Shown: positions 1-8,548 of the stretch, one piece after another | Layout: the number at the start of each line of letters is the position of its first letter | How positions within the stretch are numbered: position 1 is the first letter of the stretch | Assembly: GCA_046733075.1 (NCBI GenBank) | Contig: JBKPOL010000085.1 | Location: forward strand, 1-33,605 | Reading direction: 5' to 3' | Source: Pseudomonadota bacterium | GTDB taxonomy: Bacteria; Pseudomonadota; Gammaproteobacteria; Burkholderiales; Casimicrobiaceae | DNA length: 33,605 bases | Made by a program: the position numbers and the translations under genes | The notes under the pieces: model-generated | What the model was told of the DNA's origin: nothing | What the model saw: the letters and a program-made list of their open reading frames with translations, nothing else | The model's database searches: none

Positions 1-336
1 GCAGCGTGAAATGAATGAAATTCCGGCATCCGAAAGGCTAAGTCGTCTTCTCGCGCCCCGCGCAGCGCCTTTGGTTAGTGATCTCATGCTTGTTTCCAAT
101 CCGGTGGACGGATCACGGCTATGTAGCGAGCAACGTTCGCCAGGCCCCGAAGGCATAGTTCGTTACTGCAAATAGTTCGGCCGTCGCTGCGAGCTAGCAC
201 CGCCGCGCCGCCCCGTGGTAAGCGAGAGCCATTCGGCAACGAAGTTTGACTTGACGCGACCGTTCCTCTAATTTCCAGTCACTTTGATGAGCCAGACCCG
301 GCGAGCGCCGGCCAGTACGGAGGCACTGTCGTCACG

Positions 337-2187
337 ATGGTCCAGCCCTTAGAACGCGCCGCATCCCGACCAGATGCATTCGCCGGCGCGAGTTCCCTCG
401 CGCAACGCCTAACGAGTTCATTCCGCAAGCGGTTGCTCACGGGCGTTCTGCTGCTCAATGTGGTCGTCGCCACGATCGTCGCCATTACGTTGTATGCCAG
501 CTATCAGGCCGCGCAGAACAGCGCCGTCGTCGCGACGCAAAATCTCGCAAACCTACTGGCACACGATCTGGACGCCTCGTTCGACAAGATCGACCTCACC
601 CTGCAAGCCGTCGCCGACGAAGCAAAGCGCCAACTCGGGGCCGGGGGGATAAATGGGTCTTTGCTGACGGCATATATCGCGCGGCGCTCGTCGGCTCTGT
701 CCGATGTAGACAGTGTGCGCATCTTGGACCGTGAAGGGACCATTGTTTACGGTCCCGGTGTAGACCCGGCGGTTCGGGTGAGTGCGGCACATCGCAAATT
801 CTTCATTCAACTTCGCGACAACCCCAATTCGGGCTTGGTCATATCTGAGCCCGTGCTCGGTCAAATCAGCGGCAAGTGGTCTATCGCGTTTGGGCGACGC
901 ATTGAGTCTCCAAATGGAGAATTCGCCGGGGTCGCGTATGCGGTGATGTTCCTCGAAACACTTCAAAAGCGATTTGCTCAACTTGACTTGGGTCCCCACG
1001 GTGTCGTGAGCCTGCGTGACTTGGAACTTGGAACTGTTGTGCGGTATCCAGAGCCGGCAAATCTGCAAACGGCGATAGGAAACCGCACTCACTCGGCCGA
1101 GTGGCCCCAAAGCTTGAAGGAAAACGCGGTCGAGGGTACGTATTTCGCAGTCGGGCTCGATAACCTCCGTCGGGCCCTGTCGTACCACAGGGTAGATAAC
1201 CATCCGTTCTACGTGATCGTAGGGCTCTTGCCGGCCGACTATCTCGCGGGCTGGAAGCAGGATGCCTGGCGGAGCGCCTTCTTGTTAGGCATCTTCGCGT
1301 TGGTAACGCTCGCCTTTGCCTATGTCATGCGGGAAGCGTGGGACAGCCTGACGGAGCGGCGACGAGCCGAGCAGTTGTTAAAGAGCGCCTACGACACGGA
1401 AAGAAGTATGCGGGCGGAGGCGGAGCGAGTGAGCCGTCTAAAGGACGAGTTCGTCGCTAACTTGAGCCACGAGTTGCGGACGCCCATTGGAGCGATCATT
1501 GGGTGGTCGAAAATACTGACGGGAAGCAACACGCCGGAAAGCAGAATTCAGGAAGGGCTACGAGCGATCGAACGAAACGCGCGCGTGCAGGCGCAGATGA
1601 TTGATGATCTGCTGGACATGCAGAGAATAGTGTCGGGTGAAGTTCACCTTGACCTGAAGCCGGTCGATTTGTGTTCGCTGGTGAAGGACGTGGTCGAGAC
1701 GATACGACCGGCTTCCGACGCCAAGAACATTGGGATTGGATTGACGTTCGCCGCAGCTTCGATAGTGGTTGTTGGCGACTCGGTGAGAATTCAGCAGATC
1801 ATTTGGAACGTGCTGAACAATGCCGTGAAGTTCACCCCCATGGGGGGACGGATTCACGTTGAAGTGCAGCAGAATCGTTCCACCGTTCAGGTCAGCGTCA
1901 CCGACAACGGGGCGGGGATCGACCCAGCGTTTCTACCGCACGTGTTCGAGCGATTTCAATCGGCAGCATCACACTCCTCGCGTCAAGCGGGCCTCGGGCT
2001 AGGGTTAGCGATTGCGAAACATCTGGTGGAACTTCACGGCGGCTTCATCGGAGCCCAAAGTGCAGGAATTGGTCATGGATCGACCTTTTCGATCGGCCTT
2101 CCTGTCGCATCGTGCCTGCCCTCCACACCAAGTTTGGGGCGGGACGCCGAAGGACCCGAAACGGCGGGGGTTCCACAACCATCATAG
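337..2187 (+). CDS. Membrane sensor histidine kinase (TM-Cache-TM-HisKA-HATPase_c), no receiver domain
   Basis: Two hydrophobic segments flank a Cache-like periplasmic domain (ISEPVLGQISGKWSI). H-box LSHELRTP, N-box NVLNNAVKFT, G1 DNGAGI, F-box VFERF, G2 GLGLGLAI. Exact start uncertain. Confidence 0.9.
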   Translation: MVQPLERAASRPDAFAGASSLAQRLTSSFRKRLLTGVLLLNVVVATIVAITLYASYQAAQNSAVVATQNLANLLAHDLDASFDKIDLTLQAVADEAKRQLGAGGINGSLLTAYIARRSSALSDVDSVRILDREGTIVYGPGVDPAVRVSAAHRKFFIQLRDNPNSGLVISEPVLGQISGKWSIAFGRRIESPNGEFAGVAYAVMFLETLQKRFAQLDLGPHGVVSLRDLELGTVVRYPEPANLQTAIGNRTHSAEWPQSLKENAVEGTYFAVGLDNLRRALSYHRVDNHPFYVIVGLLPADYLAGWKQDAWRSAFLLGIFALVTLAFAYVMREAWDSLTERRRAEQLLKSAYDTERSMRAEAERVSRLKDEFVANLSHELRTPIGAIIGWSKILTGSNTPESRIQEGLRAIERNARVQAQMIDDLLDMQRIVSGEVHLDLKPVDLCSLVKDVVETIRPASDAKNIGIGLTFAAASIVVVGDSVRIQQIIWNVLNNAVKFTPMGGRIHVEVQQNRSTVQVSVTDNGAGIDPAFLPHVFERFQSAASHSSRQAGLGLGLAIAKHLVELHGGFIGAQSAGIGHGSTFSIGLPVASCLPSTPSLGRDAEGPETAGVPQPS

Positions 2188-2531
2188 GGGAGCACCGGCG
2201 TTCTACTTGCCCGTGGATGGGGTTGGTTTAGCGGCTAGTCGGCGCGTGCACCGCCGATTTGAGTTGTCCAGGCCGCCTTCGCGATCCGGTGAGATGGAGC
2301 ATGGACAGATGCCTTTGCCCGCAAGCCGTACGGCGGAATCATCGATGCGTTGTTGTACGAGCGGTTAACGCGCAACGGGCTTGAGGACTATCATTTTTGT
2401 CACATCGCCTGGTTCCTTGCAGGAGGGGCACACCCGACGCATTGCATTAGCGGCGGTTCGAGCGCACGCTTTAGAGAACATGACGGACTTAGATAACGCA
2501 AAGGCAAAGGCTTCCTACGGAACGAACGATC

Positions 2532-2783
2532 ATGCCAAGCAAGCAACACGAACGTAAACTCGCAGCGGCCATCAAAAAGATGGGCCGGTCGTTGTCGACG
2601 CACACGCGGTCAACGTTCAAACCCTCCGGCGCGGGGTCTAGGACGCTTGAGGAGTTCAAGGCTCGCCGCGCGGCGGAAAAGCTAGGGTTGCTGCCGAAGC
2701 CCGCGCCAAAACTCGCGGACCGCCACGAAATGGATGCGAGCGCCTCGAAGGTGACGAAGCTTACCGTGCGCCGAACGGGCTAA
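2532..2783 (+). CDS. Small basic hypothetical protein (83 aa)
   Basis: ATG-initiated Lys/Arg-rich ORF filling an intergenic gap; weak RBS and no recognised motif. Confidence 0.4.
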   Translation: MPSKQHERKLAAAIKKMGRSLSTHTRSTFKPSGAGSRTLEEFKARRAAEKLGLLPKPAPKLADRHEMDASASKVTKLTVRRTG

Positions 2784-2876
2784 AGAACGCAAGGAAGCTT
2801 CGAGGTCGACTTCTTGCGCGTCAATGGTAGCTCGCGCCTGCAACCGAGGGCAGCCCTTGGCCCTCCCGGGCGAGCA

Positions 2877-3299
2877 TCAGGCCGCCTTCGGCGATGCTTC
2901 TGATGATGCTCCGGGGACGTCCACCAACAGGCGCTCGTTCAACAGGGCTTCGAGCCGTTCCAAAGAGTATGGCTTGAGGAGGGCGATACCGCCCCGTTCC
3001 GTCACCGAGTCCACCACGTCGGGACGCCCCGTTACGAGTACGACCGGAAGGTCCGGCAACCGCTGGCCGATCAGGTGAGCAAGTGTGACGCCGTCCATTT
3101 CGGGCATGACCACGTCTGCGAACACAAGATCGACATGCAGACCAGCGTCGATAACGCGAATGGTTTCATCGCCAGATGCTGCGGTCAGCACTCGACAGCC
3201 GAACGCCTCGACGATTAGTCGCTCAAGCGCCGCCACCGAATCGGTGTCGTCATCGACGATAAGGATGACGTTGCCACGAAGTGGCTGTTCTCGTGTCAC
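2877..3299 (-). CDS. Single-domain response regulator (CheY-like receiver)
   Basis: ILIVDDD acidic pocket, phosphoacceptor in FADVVMPEMDG, VTG, LLKPY. Strong SD (GAGGGAGGGAG) before GTG. Confidence 0.9.
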   Translation of the reverse strand: MTREQPLRGNVILIVDDDTDSVAALERLIVEAFGCRVLTAASGDETIRVIDAGLHVDLVFADVVMPEMDGVTLAHLIGQRLPDLPVVLVTGRPDVVDSVTERGGIALLKPYSLERLEALLNERLLVDVPGASSEASPKAA

Positions 3300-3633
3300 G
3301 GGACTCCCTCCCTCTCGCCATCTACTAGATCGTACAACCGGGCCGGCGGCCTTCCCATGCCACTGGTCGGGACATCAGTCGGCTCGTCGATAACGGATGC
3401 GGGCCATGTCGCCGCTCAACTCGGCGGGGCTTGGAACGACTGCAATCCAATTGCAGACCGAGATCTCCAAGCCAGTCCGAAGTTGCGGTACCGGCGTGCG
3501 GACGCGCGCTCAGATGAACTCCTGATTCCAAGGGGTCTCTCGGTGTCCACCATCGCCATTAATGCGATTAAGTAGAGCGGACGTACACCCCGGCGGACGC
3601 TATAAGGTGTACAAGGGGCATGGAGGTATCGGC

Positions 3634-3933
3634 GTGCCATGGTTCACCGTTCGTCTTCAGAGTGCCGAGGCTGTAAGCGTCGCCGAAACTGTTCGCGCCA
3701 CCTACGCGAGATTTGTTGAACGGCCGAACTGGCCGATAGAGACCGCCGCTGCGTTCCTTCGATACGACCATCCGACCGGCGAGACGGACTTCTACTTTTC
3801 CCCCGCATTTGCAGAGACCGAGCCGTTCATGGTTCAGCATTACCACGCCGGCGTTTGCTCGCCGCCCACGCGCCAAGTTGGACTCGCGTTGCTGGTCGGA
3901 CAGTCCGCGGCGACCGAGCTTCTTGTGGAATAG
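3634..3933 (+). CDS. Hypothetical protein (99 aa)
   Basis: SD GGAGGT (3622-3627) 6 nt before GTG 3634. MPWF...FYFSP...CSPP...LALLVG pattern resembles a small proteobacterial hypothetical family (from memory, not searched). Confidence 0.65.
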   Translation: MPWFTVRLQSAEAVSVAETVRATYARFVERPNWPIETAAAFLRYDHPTGETDFYFSPAFAETEPFMVQHYHAGVCSPPTRQVGLALLVGQSAATELLVE

Positions 3934-4064
3934 CAGTTGATCCATCGTCGGTGATGACCCGCCGTCCGAGTATTCCTACGCTGCAACCGATGAGACGCCG
4001 ATTGCCGTGTCCCGAGCAAGCCGAGCAGTATTGTTGACAACACAGTCGCGTTTACACGTTCCAA

Positions 4065-4442
4065 GTGCCGACCGTGTTAATCGTCGAAGATAACCGCGCA
4101 CTCGCCGATGCCGTCGCTGAGGTGCTGGGGTCGATTGGCTATTGCACGCTGGTCGCGCACGACGGCGACACCGCGCTGTCCGAGGTCAAGCGTTCGATAC
4201 CGGAGGTCGTGATACTTGACCTCGAATTGCCCGCACTTGACGGGTTGGAGGTGGCCCGTCGAATACGACAGGGCTATGGCAATCGTATAAGGTTGATCGC
4301 CAATACGGCATGGCCCGACGACGCCGAGACGCATTCCAAAGCGGCAGACGCTGGCTTCGACGATGTGCTCATCAAGCCGACCTCCATCTACCAGATTCTC
4401 AAGGCGATTCAGCCGGGACGCCGCCAAACCACTGCGTCGTGA
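4065..4442 (+). CDS. Single-domain response regulator (receiver only)
   Basis: VLIVEDN, VILDLELPALDG, IANTAW, AGFDDVLIKP. Confidence 0.9.
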   Translation: MPTVLIVEDNRALADAVAEVLGSIGYCTLVAHDGDTALSEVKRSIPEVVILDLELPALDGLEVARRIRQGYGNRIRLIANTAWPDDAETHSKAADAGFDDVLIKPTSIYQILKAIQPGRRQTTAS

Positions 4443-4625
4443 AGTCTTGCACGTGAGGTTCGATCGCGACTCGTGTGGCGAACCTTCGGTCATTGCTGCA
4501 TACGAGGTCGCCACAACGCGTGTTGCGCGATTTCTTGCCGCGTTGCCCTGACGGTAAAGAGACGTTCACGTGAATGTTCGCCGGCCATCGGCCGGGTGTC
4601 CCGCCGTGTTGGACTCCATTACAAT

Positions 4626-4663
4626 TTTACAGTCGGGTCTTCTACTTTACGGTCGGGTCTTCT
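4626..4663 (+). repeat. Tandem 18-bp direct repeat, 20-bp period, upstream of the M23 gene
   Basis: TTTACAGTCGGGTCTTCT (4626-4643) and TTTACGGTCGGGTCTTCT (4646-4663), one mismatch. Confidence 0.85.
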
Positions 4664-4745
4664 TGGTCACTACCGCCATGATTACCTGTCCGAATTGCTC
4701 GGCCGTGCTCCGACGCGTTACAGGTCTTAATCGAGGGGATTATGC

Positions 4746-5978
4746 GTGAGGACTAAATGCTTGCTATTCCTGCTGTTCGCGTTCGGGAGCGTCGCGCAGG
4801 TTGTCGCATCTCCCGACGGCAAGCCACCTCAGTCGTCGCCGGGCGTGCAAGACGCGACCGCGTCGGCGTCTCATCGCCCTCACGACGCGTCGAGTTCGCA
4901 GCCGATCGTCCAGACGTCAATCGTGATGCGTGTCATGAACCCGCCGATTCCGGTCAAGGGCTCCGACGACCGCTTCCACATCGTCTATGAATTGCACGTC
5001 GAGAATGTCAAGGGCAAGCCGATGGCCTTCGCGCGGATCGAGGTCCTCGACGCCGAGCGCAACGCCGTCATTGGGACGCTAGAAAGCGCGGACATCGAAG
5101 ATCGATTGATCGTACGCGAGCGAGAACACGTGCCGGGAACGCTCGACATTGCGCAATGGGGCATCGTTTACGTTCACGTGATCGTCGACGAAAACGACAT
5201 CCCGCAAAGGCTGACGCACCGGTTCACGTTGAACATCGACACCTCAACGATGGTGGAAACGGGCGCGCGCACGCGTGTGCGTCGCCCAACGCGTCTCGTG
5301 CTCGATCCGCCCCTGCACGGAAATCAGTATGTCGCCGGCGACGGCTGTTGCGATTCGACGCGACATGTGCGCGCAACGCTCGCTCTGAACGGACGCTTCT
5401 TCACGGCTCAGCGTTTCGCAATCGATTGGGAACAGCTCAACGCCGACGATCGGATTTTCGTCGGCGAGTCCCAGCAGCTAACGAATTACGTGATCTACGG
5501 CAAACCTGTCTTCGCAGTGGCCGATGCACGCGTCGCGACGGTACTCAACGGTCTTCCCGACACGCCGCCCGGTGCATTGCCGCCCAACCTCCCCATCGAG
5601 CAGGCCGAAGGTAACCGCGTCATTCTCGATCTTGGCGACGGTCGCTTTGCGCTGTACGCGCATCTACAACCCGATTCGATCACTGTGCGTGAAGGAGACC
5701 GCGTGCGGCGTGGCGAGATACTCGGTCGTGTGGGGAGTTCGGGCAACTCGTCGGAGCCGCATCTGCACTTTCACATCACCGACGGGCCGTCGCTCACGTC
5801 CAACGGATTGCCCTACCTCCACTCGCGCTTTACTTCGTCGCGACGCGGCATTTCGACGGAGGCGTTCGATGCTGCGACGGCGACGGGTGTGCGCCTTGCC
5901 ACCGAACCTGTCGCAGGAACTGCGGAGCGCAGGCGCGTGATGCCGCTCGATCTGTGGGTTGTCGATTTTTCCGATTAG
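4746..5978 (+). CDS. Exported M23-family metallopeptidase-like protein
   Basis: Signal peptide; YAHLQPDSI...GDRVRRGEILGRVGSSGNSSEPHLHFH (HxH); SD GAGGGG before GTG. Confidence 0.85.
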   Translation: MRTKCLLFLLFAFGSVAQVVASPDGKPPQSSPGVQDATASASHRPHDASSSQPIVQTSIVMRVMNPPIPVKGSDDRFHIVYELHVENVKGKPMAFARIEVLDAERNAVIGTLESADIEDRLIVREREHVPGTLDIAQWGIVYVHVIVDENDIPQRLTHRFTLNIDTSTMVETGARTRVRRPTRLVLDPPLHGNQYVAGDGCCDSTRHVRATLALNGRFFTAQRFAIDWEQLNADDRIFVGESQQLTNYVIYGKPVFAVADARVATVLNGLPDTPPGALPPNLPIEQAEGNRVILDLGDGRFALYAHLQPDSITVREGDRVRRGEILGRVGSSGNSSEPHLHFHITDGPSLTSNGLPYLHSRFTSSRRGISTEAFDAATATGVRLATEPVAGTAERRRVMPLDLWVVDFSD

Positions 5979-6404
5979 CGCCCGAAAGATGATTTGACGT
6001 AATACGGTCGAGTTCGAGCGCTCGGTATAAGCAATATTCGCAGTGACCTCGCGCAAAAGTAGGGTGGCCGCCGTGCATGCTCCCCAAACGTCGGTGTCGC
6101 GCGCAGTACGCGACGTAGCGTCGAAGGAATCGATCAACGCGCGTCTCTACTAACCGCATCGGTCCGTGGTTCTACGTCCTCGTGCGCGGCGTCTGTCCAA
6201 ACTGGGTAGCGCAGCCATTTGATGGAATCTACGCCGGCGATGCATGCGGCGATCGCGAGGTGGCAATTGCCCGTGCTCCAGTGCGGTCAACGAAGCGATC
6301 TCCTTTATCGACCACGATTCCTCGACGACGTTTGCGGCGGCAGCCCAGCGCAAATCGCATGTGTTCGGTCACTGCTGCTCACATGGGACGAGCACGGTGG
6401 TTCT

Positions 6405-7391
6405 TTGAAAGACACTGAAAAACAAAGACATAACGATTGGCGCTTCTGCGTCGCGCCAATGATGGATTGGACGGACCGGCACTGCCGGTTCTTCTTTCGC
6501 CTGATGACGAAGCGCACCCGTCTCTATACCGAGATGATCACCGCACCGGCGCTCGAGCATGGTGACGTTCCCCGGCATCTGGATTTCGATCCGGCCGAGC
6601 ACCCGCTCGCGCTGCAACTCGGCGGAAGCGATCCGGCGTCACTCGCACATGCGGCCCGGCTCGGCGAGCGCTGGGGCTACGACGAGATCAACTTGAATTG
6701 CGGCTGCCCCTCCGAGCGGGTGCAGACGGGCAGCTTCGGCGCGTGCCTGATGGCCGAGCCGGCGCTCGTCGCCCAGTGTGTCGGCGCGATGCGCGACGCG
6801 GTTTCCGTACCCATCACCGTCAAGCATCGCATCGGCCTCGACGCGATTGACGATTTCGCTTTCGTCCGCGATTTCGTCGGCACGGTCGCACGGGCAGGCT
6901 GCGACGTCTTCATCGTGCACGCACGCAATGCGGTGCTGAAGGGGCTGTCGCCGAAGGAGAATCGCGAGGTGCCGCCACTGCGCTACGACATCGTCCGCCG
7001 GTTGAAGCGAGATTTTCCGTCGCTCACGATCGTGCTGAACGGCGGACTTGTCGAATGGGAGGCGATCGAGCGCGAGTTCGCGTTCATCGACGGCGTTATG
7101 CTCGGTCGCGCCGCTTACCACGATCCCTATCTGCTGTCCGAGGTCGATCGGCGCCTGTTCGACGAAACCACGCCGGCGCCTTCGCGCGCGCAGGTCGTCG
7201 AAGCGCTCGGCCTGTACGCAACTGCGCAGCTTGCCCGCGGGACCTCGCTTCGCGCCGTCACCCGGCACATCCTGGGTCTCTACCACGGCGTGCGCGGCGG
7301 ACGGCGTTTCCGGCAGCTCCTGTCCGATGCCTCCCGATTGCGCGACGCCGATGCTTCGCTCCTCATCGATGCACTGAGCGTCGTCGAGTAA
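6405..7391 (+). CDS. dusA: tRNA-dihydrouridine(20/20a) synthase DusA
   Basis: RFCVAPMMDWTDRHCR, ALQLGGSDP, EINLNCGCPSERVQ, VKHRIG, HARNA, GLSPKENREVPPL. Start is TTG 6405 or ATG 6459. Confidence 0.95.
   Translation: MKDTEKQRHNDWRFCVAPMMDWTDRHCRFFFRLMTKRTRLYTEMITAPALEHGDVPRHLDFDPAEHPLALQLGGSDPASLAHAARLGERWGYDEINLNCGCPSERVQTGSFGACLMAEPALVAQCVGAMRDAVSVPITVKHRIGLDAIDDFAFVRDFVGTVARAGCDVFIVHARNAVLKGLSPKENREVPPLRYDIVRRLKRDFPSLTIVLNGGLVEWEAIEREFAFIDGVMLGRAAYHDPYLLSEVDRRLFDETTPAPSRAQVVEALGLYATAQLARGTSLRAVTRHILGLYHGVRGGRRFRQLLSDASRLRDADASLLIDALSVVE
6436..6460. mobile_element. Candidate att core (8-bp inverted repeat, 9-bp spacer) in the 5' end of dusA
   Basis: ATTGGCGC-ttctgcgtc-GCGCCAAT spanning the W-R-F-C-V-A-P-M codons, preceded by an A-rich tract; the dusA 5' end is a known target of dusA-associated integrases. 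Confidence 0.45.
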
Positions 7392-7547
7392 ATCGGAGCA
7401 CCTGTGGCAGGCATCGCGGAGCACCCGCGAGGCTAGGGCCGGACCCCCACCCCTACTTGAATACGGTGCTAATATCCGCGCCACCGTCTGTATTCGCGGC
7501 CCTGTGAATTCGATCGATTTCCCCCGCGTGCAGGCCCTGCGGACCCG

Positions 7548-8492
7548 ATGACCGCCCCCTTCGCGCCGCGCCGGCTCACCATCGCCACCCGTGAATCGGC
7601 ACTTGCGCTCTGGCAGGCCGAGCACGTGCGCGCGCAGCTTGCCGCACGCTACCGCGGCACGACCGTGGAACTGCTCGGAATCACGACCCAAGGCGATCGC
7701 ATCGTCGATCGGCCGCTTGCGACCATCGGGGGCAAGGGCCTGTTCATCAAAGAGCTCGAGAACGCCCTTCGGGAGGGGCGCGCCGATCTTGCCGTCCACT
7801 CCTTGAAGGACATGCCAATGGACGTACCCGAGGGGTTCGTCCTCGCGGCCATCTCGGCGCGCGAAGATCCGCGCGACGCGTTCGTCTCCAATGATCATGA
7901 ATCGATCGCCGAGTTGCCCGCCGGAGCGGTCGTCGGCACGTCGAGCTTGCGCCGCGAGGCGCAGTTGCGGGAGCGCCATCCCGGTGTTCGCATCGAATCG
8001 CTGCGCGGCAACGTGCACACGCGCCTGCGCAAGCTCGACGAGGGACGCTACGACGCGATCATCCTTGCCGCGGCAGGATTGAAGCGACTCGGACTCACCA
8101 CGCGCATTCGCGCGCTGATCGATGCGGACGAATCGCTGCCCGCGCCGGGACAGGGCGCGCTCGCCATCGAGTGCCGGGCGGATCGATTGGACGTCCAGGG
8201 GGCCATTGCTCCGCTGGCGGACCGCGGCACCACGCTTGCTACGGCCGCGGAGCGTGCGTTCTCGCGCGCGCTGGGCGGAAGTTGTCACACGCCCCTCGCC
8301 GCCTACGCGGAATGGGAGGAGGATCGCCTGTGGCTTCGCGGGCTGATCGCGAGCCGAAGCGGAGACGACGTCATGCGCGGCGAGATGGAAAGCGTCGTCA
8401 CGAATGTAGCGGAAGCGCGCACACTGGGCGGCGCGCTCGCCGACCAGTTTCTCGCACGCGGCGCGCACCGGCTCGCAGTTACGTCGGCATGA
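7548..8492 (+). CDS. hemC: Hydroxymethylbilane synthase (porphobilinogen deaminase)
   Basis: [53 protein letters not shown], cofactor Cys in LGGSCHTP. Confidence 0.97.
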   Translation: MTAPFAPRRLTIATRESALALWQAEHVRAQLAARYRGTTVELLGITTQGDRIVDRPLATIGGKGLFIKELENALREGRADLAVHSLKDMPMDVPEGFVLAAISAREDPRDAFVSNDHESIAELPAGAVVGTSSLRREAQLRERHPGVRIESLRGNVHTRLRKLDEGRYDAIILAAAGLKRLGLTTRIRALIDADESLPAPGQGALAIECRADRLDVQGAIAPLADRGTTLATAAERAFSRALGGSCHTPLAAYAEWEEDRLWLRGLIASRSGDDVMRGEMESVVTNVAEARTLGGALADQFLARGAHRLAVTSA

Positions 8493-8548
8493 CGGATGAA
8501 AGCGAGCGTCGAGCGTGAGCAGATGCGCATGAAGCGAGTGGCTCCCTG

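Noticed and set aside
1-87. Minus-strand ATG ORF (MRSLTKGAARG...) running off the left edge
   Set aside because: Only 29 codons visible, no motif and weak RBS.
115-162. Possible branched RNA structure (GGCTATG/CATAGTT enclosing a GCGAGC-AAC-GTTCGC hairpin)
   Set aside because: Short stems are expected by chance at this GC; matches no riboswitch I recognise.
2490-2525. ACGCAAAGGCAAA resembling c-di-GMP-I riboswitch words
   Set aside because: Motif order is wrong and there is no GNRA-capped P2 stem.
5979-6404. Integrase remnant next to dusA, or the 62-aa DusA N-terminal extension from 6219
   Set aside because: No tyrosine-recombinase-like sequence recognised in the frames I read; the extension looks non-coding.
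7394-7433. CGGAGCACC repeated twice after dusA
   Set aside because: Only two 9-bp copies; no evidence of a REP or CRISPR family.
6639-8468. 609-aa minus-strand ORF
   Set aside because: Antisense shadow of dusA and hemC; Arg/Ala-rich with no motifs.
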